Assembly (NCBI GenBank): GCA_963765675.1
Contig: CAVXXK010000003.1
Coordinates: forward strand, 320,001-384,000
Origin: an uncultured delta proteobacterium
GTDB taxonomy: Bacteria; Desulfobacterota; Binatia; Binatales; Binataceae
Direction: 5' to 3'
Length of the DNA: 64,000 nt
The notes under the pieces are model-generated. The model saw nothing but the letters and a program-made list of their open reading frames with translations. It ran no database searches and was not told where the DNA came from. A program made the translations under genes and the position numbers. Numbering within the stretch: position 1 is the first letter of the stretch; every line of letters starts with the position of its first letter. Below are positions 29,596-38,173 of the stretch, piece by piece.

Positions 29596-29697
29596 TGGCA
29601 CACCGGTCGCAGTCTGAGGCGAGTCTATTCATCTTCTGCCCACGAACGCCTGCTGCAGGCGGTCAAAGCGCAGCACAGATACGGCACGCCCCATGCT
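29596..29697 (+). promoter_or_regulatory. Two sigma54 (-24/-12) promoter candidates upstream of the Tad genes
   Basis: TGGCACACCGGTCGCA (29596-29611) and CGGCACGCCCCATGCT (29682-29697), both GG-N10-GC. Confidence 0.4.
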
Positions 29698-29753
29698 CTC
29701 CCTTACAGGAAATCCTTTGCGTAAATCCTTCGAAAAACTCTGCTGGTGCCGAG

Positions 29754-29931
29754 GGCGAGATTCCTCGCGATACCTGCCACTCGGCCGGACGTGCACGCCG
29801 CCCTACGCATCGCCTGCGCGCGCTCGGAATGACACAAGAACCGCGAACGTTGTCATTCCGAGCGCGAATCGACCGCCAGCTCTGGCGTCGTGCATTCGCT
29901 TCGCGTCACGCGCATCGCGAGGAATCTCGCC
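29754..29931. repeat. REP-like doublet (TGTCATTCCGAGCG...CGAGGAATCT family) with expanded loops
   Basis: GGCGAGATTCCTCGCGAT...CGCGCTCGGAATGACA / TGTCATTCCGAGCGCG...ATCGCGAGGAATCTCGCC inverted arms. Confidence 0.75.
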
Positions 29932-29989
29932 AGCCGCGAACGCAGCCCAGTGCGATGGGTCGCGCAAAGTTCTCCTTCCAGAGGGATCT

Positions 29990-31258
29990 ATGCATTACCG
30001 CGTGAAGTGTCTGATTCCTTCTCCTTGTCCAAGGAGAGGCCGATCCTCGATTCGCGCGAGCGCGTCCGGCCAGGTTCTCGTCATCCTCGCAATCACGATT
30101 CTGGTAATCCTCGTCGGCGCGGGACTGGCGGTGGACGTGGGCTATATGCAGCGCCAGAAACAGCGGATGCAGGTCGCGGCGGACGCAGCCGCGGTCGCTG
30201 CGGCCTCGGCGTTGATTACCAATGCGGAGAGTCCTGCCGCCGCCGGCGACAACGACGCCACGCTCAACGGATTCACCACCGCGGCCGGCACCACAGTCAC
30301 GATCAACAACCCGCCCAAGAGCGGCAACTTCACCAGCAACAGCAGTTACGTCGAAGCGATTATTGATCAGCCGCAGCCGACCTGGTTCTTGAGCCTGCTC
30401 GGAATAAAGACCATGGACGTAAGCGCGCGCGCGGTTGCGGGCACTGCGAACGCAAGCGGATGCATGTACGTTCTCGATCCCTCGGCGTCCGGCGCGATCA
30501 CGGCCAACGGCAACGGCAATATCACTTCGCAGTGCGGAATCCTCGACGATTCGAGCAGCAGCACCGCGCTTATCGCCAACGGCAGCGTCACTATCACTGC
30601 CAGTGCGATCGGCGTGGTCGGTAATACCCTCGCCAACGGCAACGTGGTGCTCACTCCGAAGCCGGTCACTGGAATTCTGCCGGTGTCGGATCCGCTCGCG
30701 GGTGTGCCGGCTCCGTTTGTGGGTCCGTGCACCTACAACAATTTTATCGTCAACTCGAATCAGTCGGTGCAGATGAGCCCTGGCGTTTATTGCGGCGGGA
30801 TCATCTTCAACGGTAACACCAAGGCGAATTTTGCACCCGGGGTTTATGTGCTGGCGGGCGGCGGGATGCTCGCGAACGGCGGATGCACTCTCACCGGCAC
30901 GGGCGTCACCTTTTACGACACCACCGGCAGCGGCGGATACGGGCCGATCACACTGAATGGCAGCGTCACTGCGACGCTCAGCGCGCCGACCTCGGGTCCA
31001 CTCAAAGGAATTCTGTTCTTCCAGGATCGCTCAGTCACCAACGGCGCCGCGAGCATCATCAATGGCGGCGACACCGTGAACTTCACCGGCGCGCTCTATT
31101 TTCCGACTACCGACCTGACCTACAACGGCGGCAGCAACGCCGCCTACTCGATCATCGTCGCGAAGGACCTGATGGTGAACGGAAACATTACGATGAACGC
31201 CAACTATTCGTCGCTCACCGGAGGCTCGCCGATCCAAAATGCGACTCTGGCGGAATAA
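29990..31258 (+). CDS. TadG-like Flp pilus tip/assembly protein with Asn/Gly-rich C-terminal domain
   Basis: G|QVLVILA...GLAVDVG...MQVAADAAAVAAA Tad domain; C-terminal PGVYCGG, GILFFQD, GALYFP; start inferred from GAGGG RBS. Confidence 0.85.
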   Translation: MHYRVKCLIPSPCPRRGRSSIRASASGQVLVILAITILVILVGAGLAVDVGYMQRQKQRMQVAADAAAVAAASALITNAESPAAAGDNDATLNGFTTAAGTTVTINNPPKSGNFTSNSSYVEAIIDQPQPTWFLSLLGIKTMDVSARAVAGTANASGCMYVLDPSASGAITANGNGNITSQCGILDDSSSSTALIANGSVTITASAIGVVGNTLANGNVVLTPKPVTGILPVSDPLAGVPAPFVGPCTYNNFIVNSNQSVQMSPGVYCGGIIFNGNTKANFAPGVYVLAGGGMLANGGCTLTGTGVTFYDTTGSGGYGPITLNGSVTATLSAPTSGPLKGILFFQDRSVTNGAASIINGGDTVNFTGALYFPTTDLTYNGGSNAAYSIIVAKDLMVNGNITMNANYSSLTGGSPIQNATLAE

Positions 31259-31703
31259 GGCCGAGCGCGGCCAGAGTATCCTCGAAGCCGCGCTCGTCGC
31301 TCCGATCCTGATGTTCATCCTGCTGGCGGTGGTCGAGGCGGGACGCATGATGTACTTGAGCGTCGCGCTCGAGCACGCCGCCGACGCCGCCGCCGAATAC
31401 GGCGCCACCACCACTACCGACGGCGATCTGACCGGGATGCAATCGGCGGCGACCAACGACGTGCAGTCGAGCGGGCTCTTCAACAAGCTCTATCCTTCCA
31501 ACGCCTTCGCCTCGACCGCGACCAATTTCTGCCAATGCGCCAACGGCGCCGCGACCTCGTGTACCAGCAACAACTGCGCCTCCGGCGAGTTTGCGGTGTT
31601 CGTGCAGGCGAAGACCGCGGCGACCTACGCGACTCTGGTCAAATATCCGGGCCTTCCTGCCGCCTTCACGATGAGCGCGCAGGCGACGTTGCGCGTGCAG
31701 TGA
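31239..31703 (+). CDS. TadE-like pseudopilin
   Basis: RG|QSILEAALV prepilin motif, TM helix, AA..AA.YG, Cys-rich loop. Confidence 0.88.
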   Translation: MRLWRNKAERGQSILEAALVAPILMFILLAVVEAGRMMYLSVALEHAADAAAEYGATTTTDGDLTGMQSAATNDVQSSGLFNKLYPSNAFASTATNFCQCANGAATSCTSNNCASGEFAVFVQAKTAATYATLVKYPGLPAAFTMSAQATLRVQ

Positions 31704-31717
31704 GCGAAAGCATCAAA

Positions 31718-32120
31718 ATGACCGCGCGCCATCGGAGTTCCGGACAGGCGACCACCGAGTTCGCAATCGTCGGCGCGGTGTTTCTGACCCTGCTGCTCGG
31801 AATGATCGAGTTTTCGGCCGCGATGTACGCCTATGATTTCGTCTCGTATGCCGCTAGCCAGACCGCGCGCTACGCGATGGTTCGCGGGAGCACCAGTGCG
31901 TCGCCCGCGACAGTTGAGCGACCTCCAGACATACGCGCAGAGCCTCGCCAGCGGCCTCAACACCGCGAATCTCTCGACCAGCGCAGCGTGGACGCCCAAC
32001 AATCGGCCGGGCAGCCTGGTTCAGGTAACGGTCCAGTATAATTTCGAATTCGTCGGCGGCCTGTTTCCGTCGGCCACTTTCCCATTCACCGATACGGTTC
32101 AGATGCGCATCGCGCGCTGA
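31718..32120 (+). CDS. Second TadE-like pseudopilin with one +1 frameshift (~31915)
   Basis: SG|QATTEFAIV...ARYAMVRG in one frame; continues SDLQTYAQ...PGSLVQVTVQYNF in the next frame. Confidence 0.8.
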
Positions 32121-32175
32121 GCGCGGCACACGCCACCCGCTTTGTGCGCGGTGCGGATCGCCTGATCGCGCGCGC

Positions 32176-32204
32176 TTGACGCGGCGGCGGTACAGTTTTA
32201 AATT
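32176..32204 (+). promoter_or_regulatory. Sigma70 promoter giving a near-leaderless GST mRNA
   Basis: TTGACG-N17-TAAATT ending 9 nt before ATG 32214; no SD sequence. Confidence 0.6.
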
Positions 32205-32213
32205 GCAACCGAT

Positions 32214-32822
32214 ATGAAAATCTACGAATTCACCCAAGCCCCGAATCCGCGCCGCGTTCGTGTCTTTCTTGCCGAGAAAGGAATCCAGGTTCCCTACGAG
32301 CAGGTCAACATCGCGGCTGGCGACAATCGCAAACCCGAGTTCCTCAAGATCAATCCGATGGGCGGTCTGCCCGTGCTCGAACTCGACGACGGAACGCATA
32401 TCGCCGAGTCGGTCGCGATCTGCAAGTACTTCGAGGCGCAAAGGCCCGAGCCTGCGCTGTTCGGAGTGGACGCGAAGGATAAGGCCGTAGTCGAGATGTG
32501 GAACCGCCGGATGGAGTTCGAGATTCTCAGCATGGCGGCCGGCGCGTTTCGCAACACCAGCGACTTCTTCAAGGGCCGCATCCCGCAGTCGAAAGAGTAC
32601 GGCGAGATCTGCCATGCCGCCGCGATCAAGCGGCTCGAGTGGCTCGACAAAGAGCTCGCGAACCGGGAGTTCATCGCGGGAGATCGCTACTCGATCGCGG
32701 ATATCACGGCGCTAATCGGGATCGATTTCGGACGCACTACCGGCATCAAGATCACGCCCGAGCAGAAGAACCTCAAGCGCTGGCACGACGCCGTATCCAG
32801 CCGCCCCAGCGCGAAAGCATAG
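32214..32822 (+). CDS. Glutathione S-transferase (GTT2-like)
   Basis: APNPRRVR, INPMGGLPVL, ESVAI, YSIADIT and RPSA motifs. Confidence 0.95.
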   Translation: MKIYEFTQAPNPRRVRVFLAEKGIQVPYEQVNIAAGDNRKPEFLKINPMGGLPVLELDDGTHIAESVAICKYFEAQRPEPALFGVDAKDKAVVEMWNRRMEFEILSMAAGAFRNTSDFFKGRIPQSKEYGEICHAAAIKRLEWLDKELANREFIAGDRYSIADITALIGIDFGRTTGIKITPEQKNLKRWHDAVSSRPSAKA

Positions 32823-32922
32823 CCGGGAGATTCGCCGATCGCCAAGATTGCGCGCAGCTGCCCTCGTGTCGCGGGCAGCGGTGAGCAAGTTTCTGTTGTG
32901 TGCGCACGGCGCCAGACAAATA

Positions 32923-33600
32923 TTACTGGGGCGCCAACGGCGTGCGCATCCGCGCCGCCACGTACCGGCCGCTCCAGGCAAGCAGTACTATGATGGTCAC
33001 GACGCCGACGACCGGCGAGACGAGCAGGTACTCCGCGGGCGGTACGGTGAGGGCCAGTATGACGTGCAACCCGCTCATCGCGATCAGGCCGATGCCCCAG
33101 ACCAGCGTGATTGTGAAGAACGTTTGTGCGCTATCGTTCTCGATTATCCGGTTGAGTGACGCCGCACGTTCAGAAGTGCCGCCGGCCACGGCCTGCTTGG
33201 CGACGTAGAGAATGATCGGGCGGCCGATCAGCGCCGAGACTACGAGCACGAGCCCGATTGCAGCCCCGTCGAACGATCGGATAACAAGAGCGACGCGTAC
33301 GGTGGGCGCAAGCAGCGTAACGACGATGTGAAGCGCGAGCCCCGCCATCACGAGGATCGCGATTGCGTCGACGGTGCGCTTGCGAAGCAGGCTGAGAATC
33401 AGTCCGATGATGGGAAAGATCGTCGCATAGAGCAGCGGGATCACGCTGTTTTCCGGAAAATGGGATTGTAAAGCGCGATAGAGCAGAAAGGGGCAGAGCG
33501 CGTTGATCGTCAGGCTGAAACCTAGCGACGCGAGCGTTGTCCTGCGGTCGAAGCCGCGATCGGATCCGGGCGCGGGAGCGGATCGCGATTGTTCAATCAT
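32923..33600 (-). CDS. VC0807-like integral membrane protein
   Basis: About six TM helices; INALCPFLLY, SALIGRPII, ITLVWG pattern. Confidence 0.65.
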   Translation of the reverse strand: MIEQSRSAPAPGSDRGFDRRTTLASLGFSLTINALCPFLLYRALQSHFPENSVIPLLYATIFPIIGLILSLLRKRTVDAIAILVMAGLALHIVVTLLAPTVRVALVIRSFDGAAIGLVLVVSALIGRPIILYVAKQAVAGGTSERAASLNRIIENDSAQTFFTITLVWGIGLIAMSGLHVILALTVPPAEYLLVSPVVGVVTIIVLLAWSGRYVAARMRTPLAPQ

Positions 33601-33634
33601 CGTCTAGTCCAGGATTTGATTTGGACCTTCGGGA

Positions 33635-34069
33635 TCACGGCATGATTGGGGTGTAGAGGACGTACAACATGAAGTACACGACTACTCCCGTGACCGAGAC
33701 GTACATCCAGAGCGGCCAGGTCCATCGCGCGATTCTCCGATGCGAGAGGAACCGTCCGCGTAGCGCATAGGACACCGTGATCAAAACGAGCGGGACGATC
33801 ACGATCGCCAGAATCACGTGCGGGATCAGAATCGTGAAGTACACCGGACGAATCCATCCGATTCCGCTGAAGCGGATCTCGCCCGCATGCGCATGAAAGG
33901 TCAGGTACGAAACCAGGAACAGCGCCGAGACCGCAAGCGCGCTCAGCATGCACGCGCGATGCGCCGGCACATTTTTGCGTTTGATAAAGACGAATCCTGC
34001 CGCCAGCAGCACCGCGGCGATCGAATTCAGAATCGCGTTGATCTGCGGCAGGACTGAGTACGGGATCAA
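33635..34069 (-). CDS. DUF420 family membrane protein
   Basis: LPQINAILN...HRACM...FLVSYL.FH...HRRIARWTWPLWMYVSVTG; TTG start with GGAG RBS. Confidence 0.9.
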   Translation of the reverse strand: MIPYSVLPQINAILNSIAAVLLAAGFVFIKRKNVPAHRACMLSALAVSALFLVSYLTFHAHAGEIRFSGIGWIRPVYFTILIPHVILAIVIVPLVLITVSYALRGRFLSHRRIARWTWPLWMYVSVTGVVVYFMLYVLYTPIMP

Positions 34070-34089
34070 CGCTCCACTTCCGATTTCCG

Positions 34090-34461
34090 CTACGACGGAG
34101 GCGCCGTCGCCGGTTCTGCAGCAACCGGCGCGATGTGACGCGAATGCGCCCACGCGCGCTTGCTCAAGTCTGGGCGCAGCATCAGGTAGCAAAACGCGAC
34201 CAGGATCATCGGTGTCGCCGCAATCACCCACAATGCCTTGTGCTCGGTCGCCAGATGCATGAAGTACATCGCGACCAACAGCGCTTTTGCCATCGCCAAT
34301 GCCACCAGCAGGCCGATCTTGAGATCGGTGGGAAAGTTCATCGCATAGACCAGCAATTCGACGCCGGTCAGCACCGCCAGGTAGATGAAGACCGCGATAT
34401 AGCTCGGCCCCGTATGCTCCGCATGAGCTTCGTGGGAATTAATTGCCGCTTCAGCCGCCAT
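34090..34461 (-). CDS. Cytochrome c oxidase subunit IV family protein
   Basis: LAVLTGVE...KALLVAMYFMHL..E; position in the cox operon. Confidence 0.88.
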   Translation of the reverse strand: MAAEAAINSHEAHAEHTGPSYIAVFIYLAVLTGVELLVYAMNFPTDLKIGLLVALAMAKALLVAMYFMHLATEHKALWVIAATPMILVAFCYLMLRPDLSKRAWAHSRHIAPVAAEPATAPPS

Positions 34462-34506
34462 AGTTGATCCTTGTGCCTCCCCGGGCGATCCGCGCAGGCG
34501 CGCGCA

Positions 34507-35142
34507 CTAGATCAGATAAACGAAAGTGAAAATCAGGATCCACACGAGATCGACAAAGTGCCAGTAGAGTCCCGCGATCTCGACCAGTCCCGCCTTGCTC
34601 TGCGGAATCTTGCCCATCAGGCCGCGAATCCAGATTACGGTGTTGTACACAACGCCGGCGAACACGTGGCATCCGTGGAATCCGGTCAGGATGAAAAAAG
34701 TCGCATCGAACAGATCGCGATGAATCGACATCCCGCGTTCCATCAACAGATGATGCCACTCGAAGGCCTGCATCGTGAGAAACGCGACTCCGCCGACCAT
34801 CGTCAGGAACATGAAGATTTTAAACTTCGACTGATTGCCGTTCTGCACGCCGTGGATCGACTCGACCATCGTGACGCTCGAGCAGATCAGGATGAACGTC
34901 ATGACCGCAGTGGTGGTGATGCCCAGGTAGTCGGCCGGGTTGGGCCAGTTGACGTTGTTGTAACGCAACGCGCCGTATGCGGCGATCGCCGCGCCAAAGG
35001 TCATCGCGTCGGCGGCCAGAAACGCCCACATCCCGAGCTTGCCGGAGTTACCCGGCGTTATCGAAGGTTCGGTCTCGTCCGCCACCGCGCCATGCATCGC
35101 GCCGTGCGCGTGTGGATCTACTGCCAGAGCCTCACTCATCAT
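34507..35142 (-). CDS. ctaE: Cytochrome c oxidase subunit III, copy B
   Basis: GKLGMWAFL, TFILICSSVTM, FFILTGFHGCHV, GLYWHFVDLVW. Confidence 0.93.
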   Translation of the reverse strand: MMSEALAVDPHAHGAMHGAVADETEPSITPGNSGKLGMWAFLAADAMTFGAAIAAYGALRYNNVNWPNPADYLGITTTAVMTFILICSSVTMVESIHGVQNGNQSKFKIFMFLTMVGGVAFLTMQAFEWHHLLMERGMSIHRDLFDATFFILTGFHGCHVFAGVVYNTVIWIRGLMGKIPQSKAGLVEIAGLYWHFVDLVWILIFTFVYLI

Positions 35143-35179
35143 CGTCTCCCCATCAAATTCGAATCATGCGCGAATCGGT

Positions 35180-35434
35180 CTAGCGCCTGGAAATCGCCTG
35201 CGGCGGCTGTTTGCGAATCGAACGCCGATACGCGCCATAAAGGATCGCGCTGACAGCCGCGATCGTGATGTAAGGTCCGGCCAGCATGAACAGCACGCTG
35301 GTGTTGAAGGCGTGGATCGCGTGGTCCCCCGGCGACAAGCCGCACATCGCGCATGCGTTTGCGACTCCGGCTGCTGCCGTCAGCATCGCCGCCGCCTGTG
35401 CCAAGATTCCTGTTCCCCGCAGAATGTTCCTCAT
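35180..35434 (-). CDS. Small exported CxxC membrane-anchored protein in the cox operon
   Basis: Signal peptide ending ANA|, then CAMC, two His, one TM helix and a basic tail; GGGAG RBS. Confidence 0.75.
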   Translation of the reverse strand: MRNILRGTGILAQAAAMLTAAAGVANACAMCGLSPGDHAIHAFNTSVLFMLAGPYITIAAVSAILYGAYRRSIRKQPPQAISRR

Positions 35435-35477
35435 GTTCGTCTCCCTTGCCCCGCTTGCAAAAAAATACTCGCCGACA

Positions 35478-36110
35478 TCACATCAGGTAAACCAGGAAGA
35501 ACAACACCGGCCAAACCGCGCATACAAAATACCAATACACCGTGCACAGCTCGACCGGTGATGCGTTGCGCGCGTTGTAACGTCCGCGTTGAGCGGCGAA
35601 TGCGACCGCGCACAGCCATATCACTCCTGCTGCAACGTGCAGGCCGTGGAGTCCGATCAGCAGATAGAACGTCGCGCCGTAGCTGCCGCTCGAAAGTGTC
35701 AGCCCGTGTGCAACCAGCCGCACCCATTCCGATCCCTGCACCGCCAGAAACGTGACGCCGAGCAGGCCCGTGATCGCGATCCAGCGCCGTAAAATCCGCT
35801 GGCGGCTCTGATGCACCGCGCGCAGCGCCATCGTCATGGTGCCCGCGCTCGCGAGCAGGACGAAGGTATTGACCCAGGTGACGTCGATCGGCAGCCGCGG
35901 CTGCGCAGGCGGCGGCCAGAACGGCGCTTGCATGCGGAAAATGATGAACGAGCCGATGAGCGCGCTGAACAGCATCGTCTCGGTCGCGATCACCATCACG
36001 ATCGCGAGCATCGCGTTGCTGATGAAGCGGGACTCGGTCTCGTCGCCCGAGCCGCCGCCGCGCCGCGGTGGAACGATCAGTGGGCGAATTTTTGCGGTCA
36101 TTGTGCTCAC
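35478..36110 (-). CDS. ctaE: Cytochrome c oxidase subunit III, copy A
   Basis: IATETMLF, NTFVLLAS, FYLLIGLHGLHV, YWYFVCAVW. Confidence 0.9.
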   Translation of the reverse strand: MSTMTAKIRPLIVPPRRGGGSGDETESRFISNAMLAIVMVIATETMLFSALIGSFIIFRMQAPFWPPPAQPRLPIDVTWVNTFVLLASAGTMTMALRAVHQSRQRILRRWIAITGLLGVTFLAVQGSEWVRLVAHGLTLSSGSYGATFYLLIGLHGLHVAAGVIWLCAVAFAAQRGRYNARNASPVELCTVYWYFVCAVWPVLFFLVYLM

Positions 36111-36122
36111 GCGCTCATCGCC

Positions 36123-36245
36123 TCAGTGCTTCACCAGAATCGTCACGATCGACACCATCACCAAAAAAACCATCACGCCGAGAATAATTTTCAGAACCCG
36201 GCGGTTCTCTTCTTTTACGTCTTCGCGGCTGACCAATGCTGGCAT
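36123..36245 (-). CDS. 40-aa single-TM microprotein (absent from the ORF track)
   Basis: MPALVSREDVKEENRRVLKIILGVMVFLVMVSIVTILVKH*; fills the ctaB-ctaE gap with 9 and 12 bp spacers. Confidence 0.7.
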   Translation of the reverse strand: MPALVSREDVKEENRRVLKIILGVMVFLVMVSIVTILVKH

Positions 36246-36254
36246 CGCTTTCGC

Positions 36255-37157
36255 CTAAATTTTATCGATCACCATCATCAGCAGAACGATCGGCAAATAA
36301 ATCAACGACGCGAACAGCAGCCGCCTGGCCGCCTGCGCGCGTCCCGGCGCGCGAACCATCGTGATACCGAATAGCAGCATCACGGCTCCGCCGATCACCG
36401 CGATCGCGCCATACACTACGCCCGCCGTCCCCATCATCCAGGGCAAAATACTTAGCACAAGCAATCCGGCGCTCGCGCCGATCACAACTGGATCAGACGG
36501 ATTGCCCCAACCTCGATCCGCGGGAAGGAGATGGATTCCGGCGCGGGCGTAATCCTCGCGAAAGAGCCGGGCGACCGCGAATGTATGCGGCAACTGCCAC
36601 AGGAACATGATCCCGAATAGCACCAGCGGCTCCGCCGCGATGCTGCCGCGAGCAGCCGCCCATCCGGCGACCGGAGGGAGAGCACCCGGAATCGCGCCGA
36701 TCACGTCGCATAGCCATGAGCGCCGTTTGAGCGGTGTGTATGCCAGCAGGTAAATCGCGGTAATCGCCGCGGTCGTCGCGGCGCAAAGCAGATTGGTCGC
36801 GGCGATCAGGTATGCAAACCCAATCGCGCTCGCGGCGCATCCGAACACCAGCGCCTCGATCGGGCGCAGCCTGCCATCCGGAAGCGGGCGATGCTGCGTG
36901 CGATGCATCAGCGCGTCGGTGTCGCGCTCCATGTATTGGTTGAGCGCGAGCGTGCCGCCCGCGGCCAGCGCGGTGCCGACGATCAAATTGAACGCGAGAA
37001 TAAAATCGAATCCGCCCGTCCCGCCGAGATAGAAACCGGCCAGAGTCGTGACCAGCACCATCGCGACCACGCGCGGCTTGGTGAGCTCGATAAATGCCAA
37101 CAGCCGCGCGCGAATCGCGCCTGCTTCGGCTTCCATCATCGCGGCTTTCGCGTTCAC
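36255..37157 (-). CDS. ctaB: Protoheme IX farnesyltransferase (heme o synthase)
   Basis: LTKPR, NQYMERDTDALMHRT..RP, YTPLKR, GAIPGALP, WQLPH and DYARAG motifs. Confidence 0.96.
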   Translation of the reverse strand: MNAKAAMMEAEAGAIRARLLAFIELTKPRVVAMVLVTTLAGFYLGGTGGFDFILAFNLIVGTALAAGGTLALNQYMERDTDALMHRTQHRPLPDGRLRPIEALVFGCAASAIGFAYLIAATNLLCAATTAAITAIYLLAYTPLKRRSWLCDVIGAIPGALPPVAGWAAARGSIAAEPLVLFGIMFLWQLPHTFAVARLFREDYARAGIHLLPADRGWGNPSDPVVIGASAGLLVLSILPWMMGTAGVVYGAIAVIGGAVMLLFGITMVRAPGRAQAARRLLFASLIYLPIVLLMMVIDKI

Positions 37158-38164
37158 ACCGACACCTGATGCCCGAGCGAATGCTGTTCGCGCGCAGTGC
37201 TTGAAACCGTCTGTGCGGCTCCGCCTCGCGTCGCGATGCCATAAACATGATACGCGCGAATGGTGATCGTTAGGCTGGTCGCGAGCACCGCCGCGCCGAT
37301 CAGCACATGGCTGGTGGTTGGGATGACGGCGCGACCGCTCCAGATCGTTATCGCGCCCAGGCAGATCTGCATCACCAGCAGCAGGAACAGACCGAGTGCG
37401 GGATGACGCAGCTCGGGTTCATCGCGATGCGATCGCAAAACGCGCGCGACCGTCCATACGACCATGATCGTTACGAGCACAGCGCCGCATCGATGCGCGA
37501 AATTGACCGCGATGTATTCGTTCCAATACGGCGGAATCAACTGGCCGAACGCGAGCGGAAAATCCGGAATGGCCAGACCAGCGCCTAGATGGCGCATTAC
37601 CGCGCCAACGAGGATTTGCAGATAGATGATCGCGGTCGTCACGCCCGCAAGCATCGCCAGCGGAATTCGCACCGGCTCTTCGCTGCGACGCTCGGTGCGC
37701 GTCCATCGCGGATTGGTAAAAATCGCAATCGAGACCATCAGGCAGAAAAACGCCTGCGCGGTGCCCGCGTGCGCAACCGCGATCGGCAGCGGCAACTCGA
37801 GCAGCACCGTGATACCGCCCAGGATCGCCTGCACGATGATCAGTCCGAACGCCGCGAAGATCGTGTAGCGCACCCACTTTCGCGGCTCGACGCGCCACGC
37901 CCACGCCATCAGGATGAGCGTGAGCATCACCACGATTGCGGCGACGACGCGATGCCCGAATTCGAAGCGGATTCCGCCCTGCCACGCCGGGATGAGTTTT
38001 CCGAAAGCGAGCGGCCAGTCAGGCACCGCAAGCGCGGAACCGGTCGAGGTCACCAGGCCGCCGACGAAAATCAGGCAGAACGTCGCACCCGCCGCGAGTA
38101 TCGCAAAGCGATGCAACCCGCGTTCGCGAGCATCAGAAATTCCGCTTTCAGCTTCGATCGGCAA
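37154..38164 (-). CDS. ctaA: Heme A synthase (COX15/CtaA family)
   Basis: GGLVTSTGS.LAVPDWP, EFGHR, QAILGG, AH, NFAHR and conserved His residues. Confidence 0.92.
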   Translation of the reverse strand: MPIEAESGISDARERGLHRFAILAAGATFCLIFVGGLVTSTGSALAVPDWPLAFGKLIPAWQGGIRFEFGHRVVAAIVVMLTLILMAWAWRVEPRKWVRYTIFAAFGLIIVQAILGGITVLLELPLPIAVAHAGTAQAFFCLMVSIAIFTNPRWTRTERRSEEPVRIPLAMLAGVTTAIIYLQILVGAVMRHLGAGLAIPDFPLAFGQLIPPYWNEYIAVNFAHRCGAVLVTIMVVWTVARVLRSHRDEPELRHPALGLFLLLVMQICLGAITIWSGRAVIPTTSHVLIGAAVLATSLTITIRAYHVYGIATRGGAAQTVSSTAREQHSLGHQVSV

Positions 38165-38173
38165 AGCGCGTCC

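Noticed and set aside
29693-29989. N-terminal extension of TadG in the ORF track
   Set aside because: It translates through the inverted-repeat element; the prepilin-like motif and an RBS support a start near 29990.
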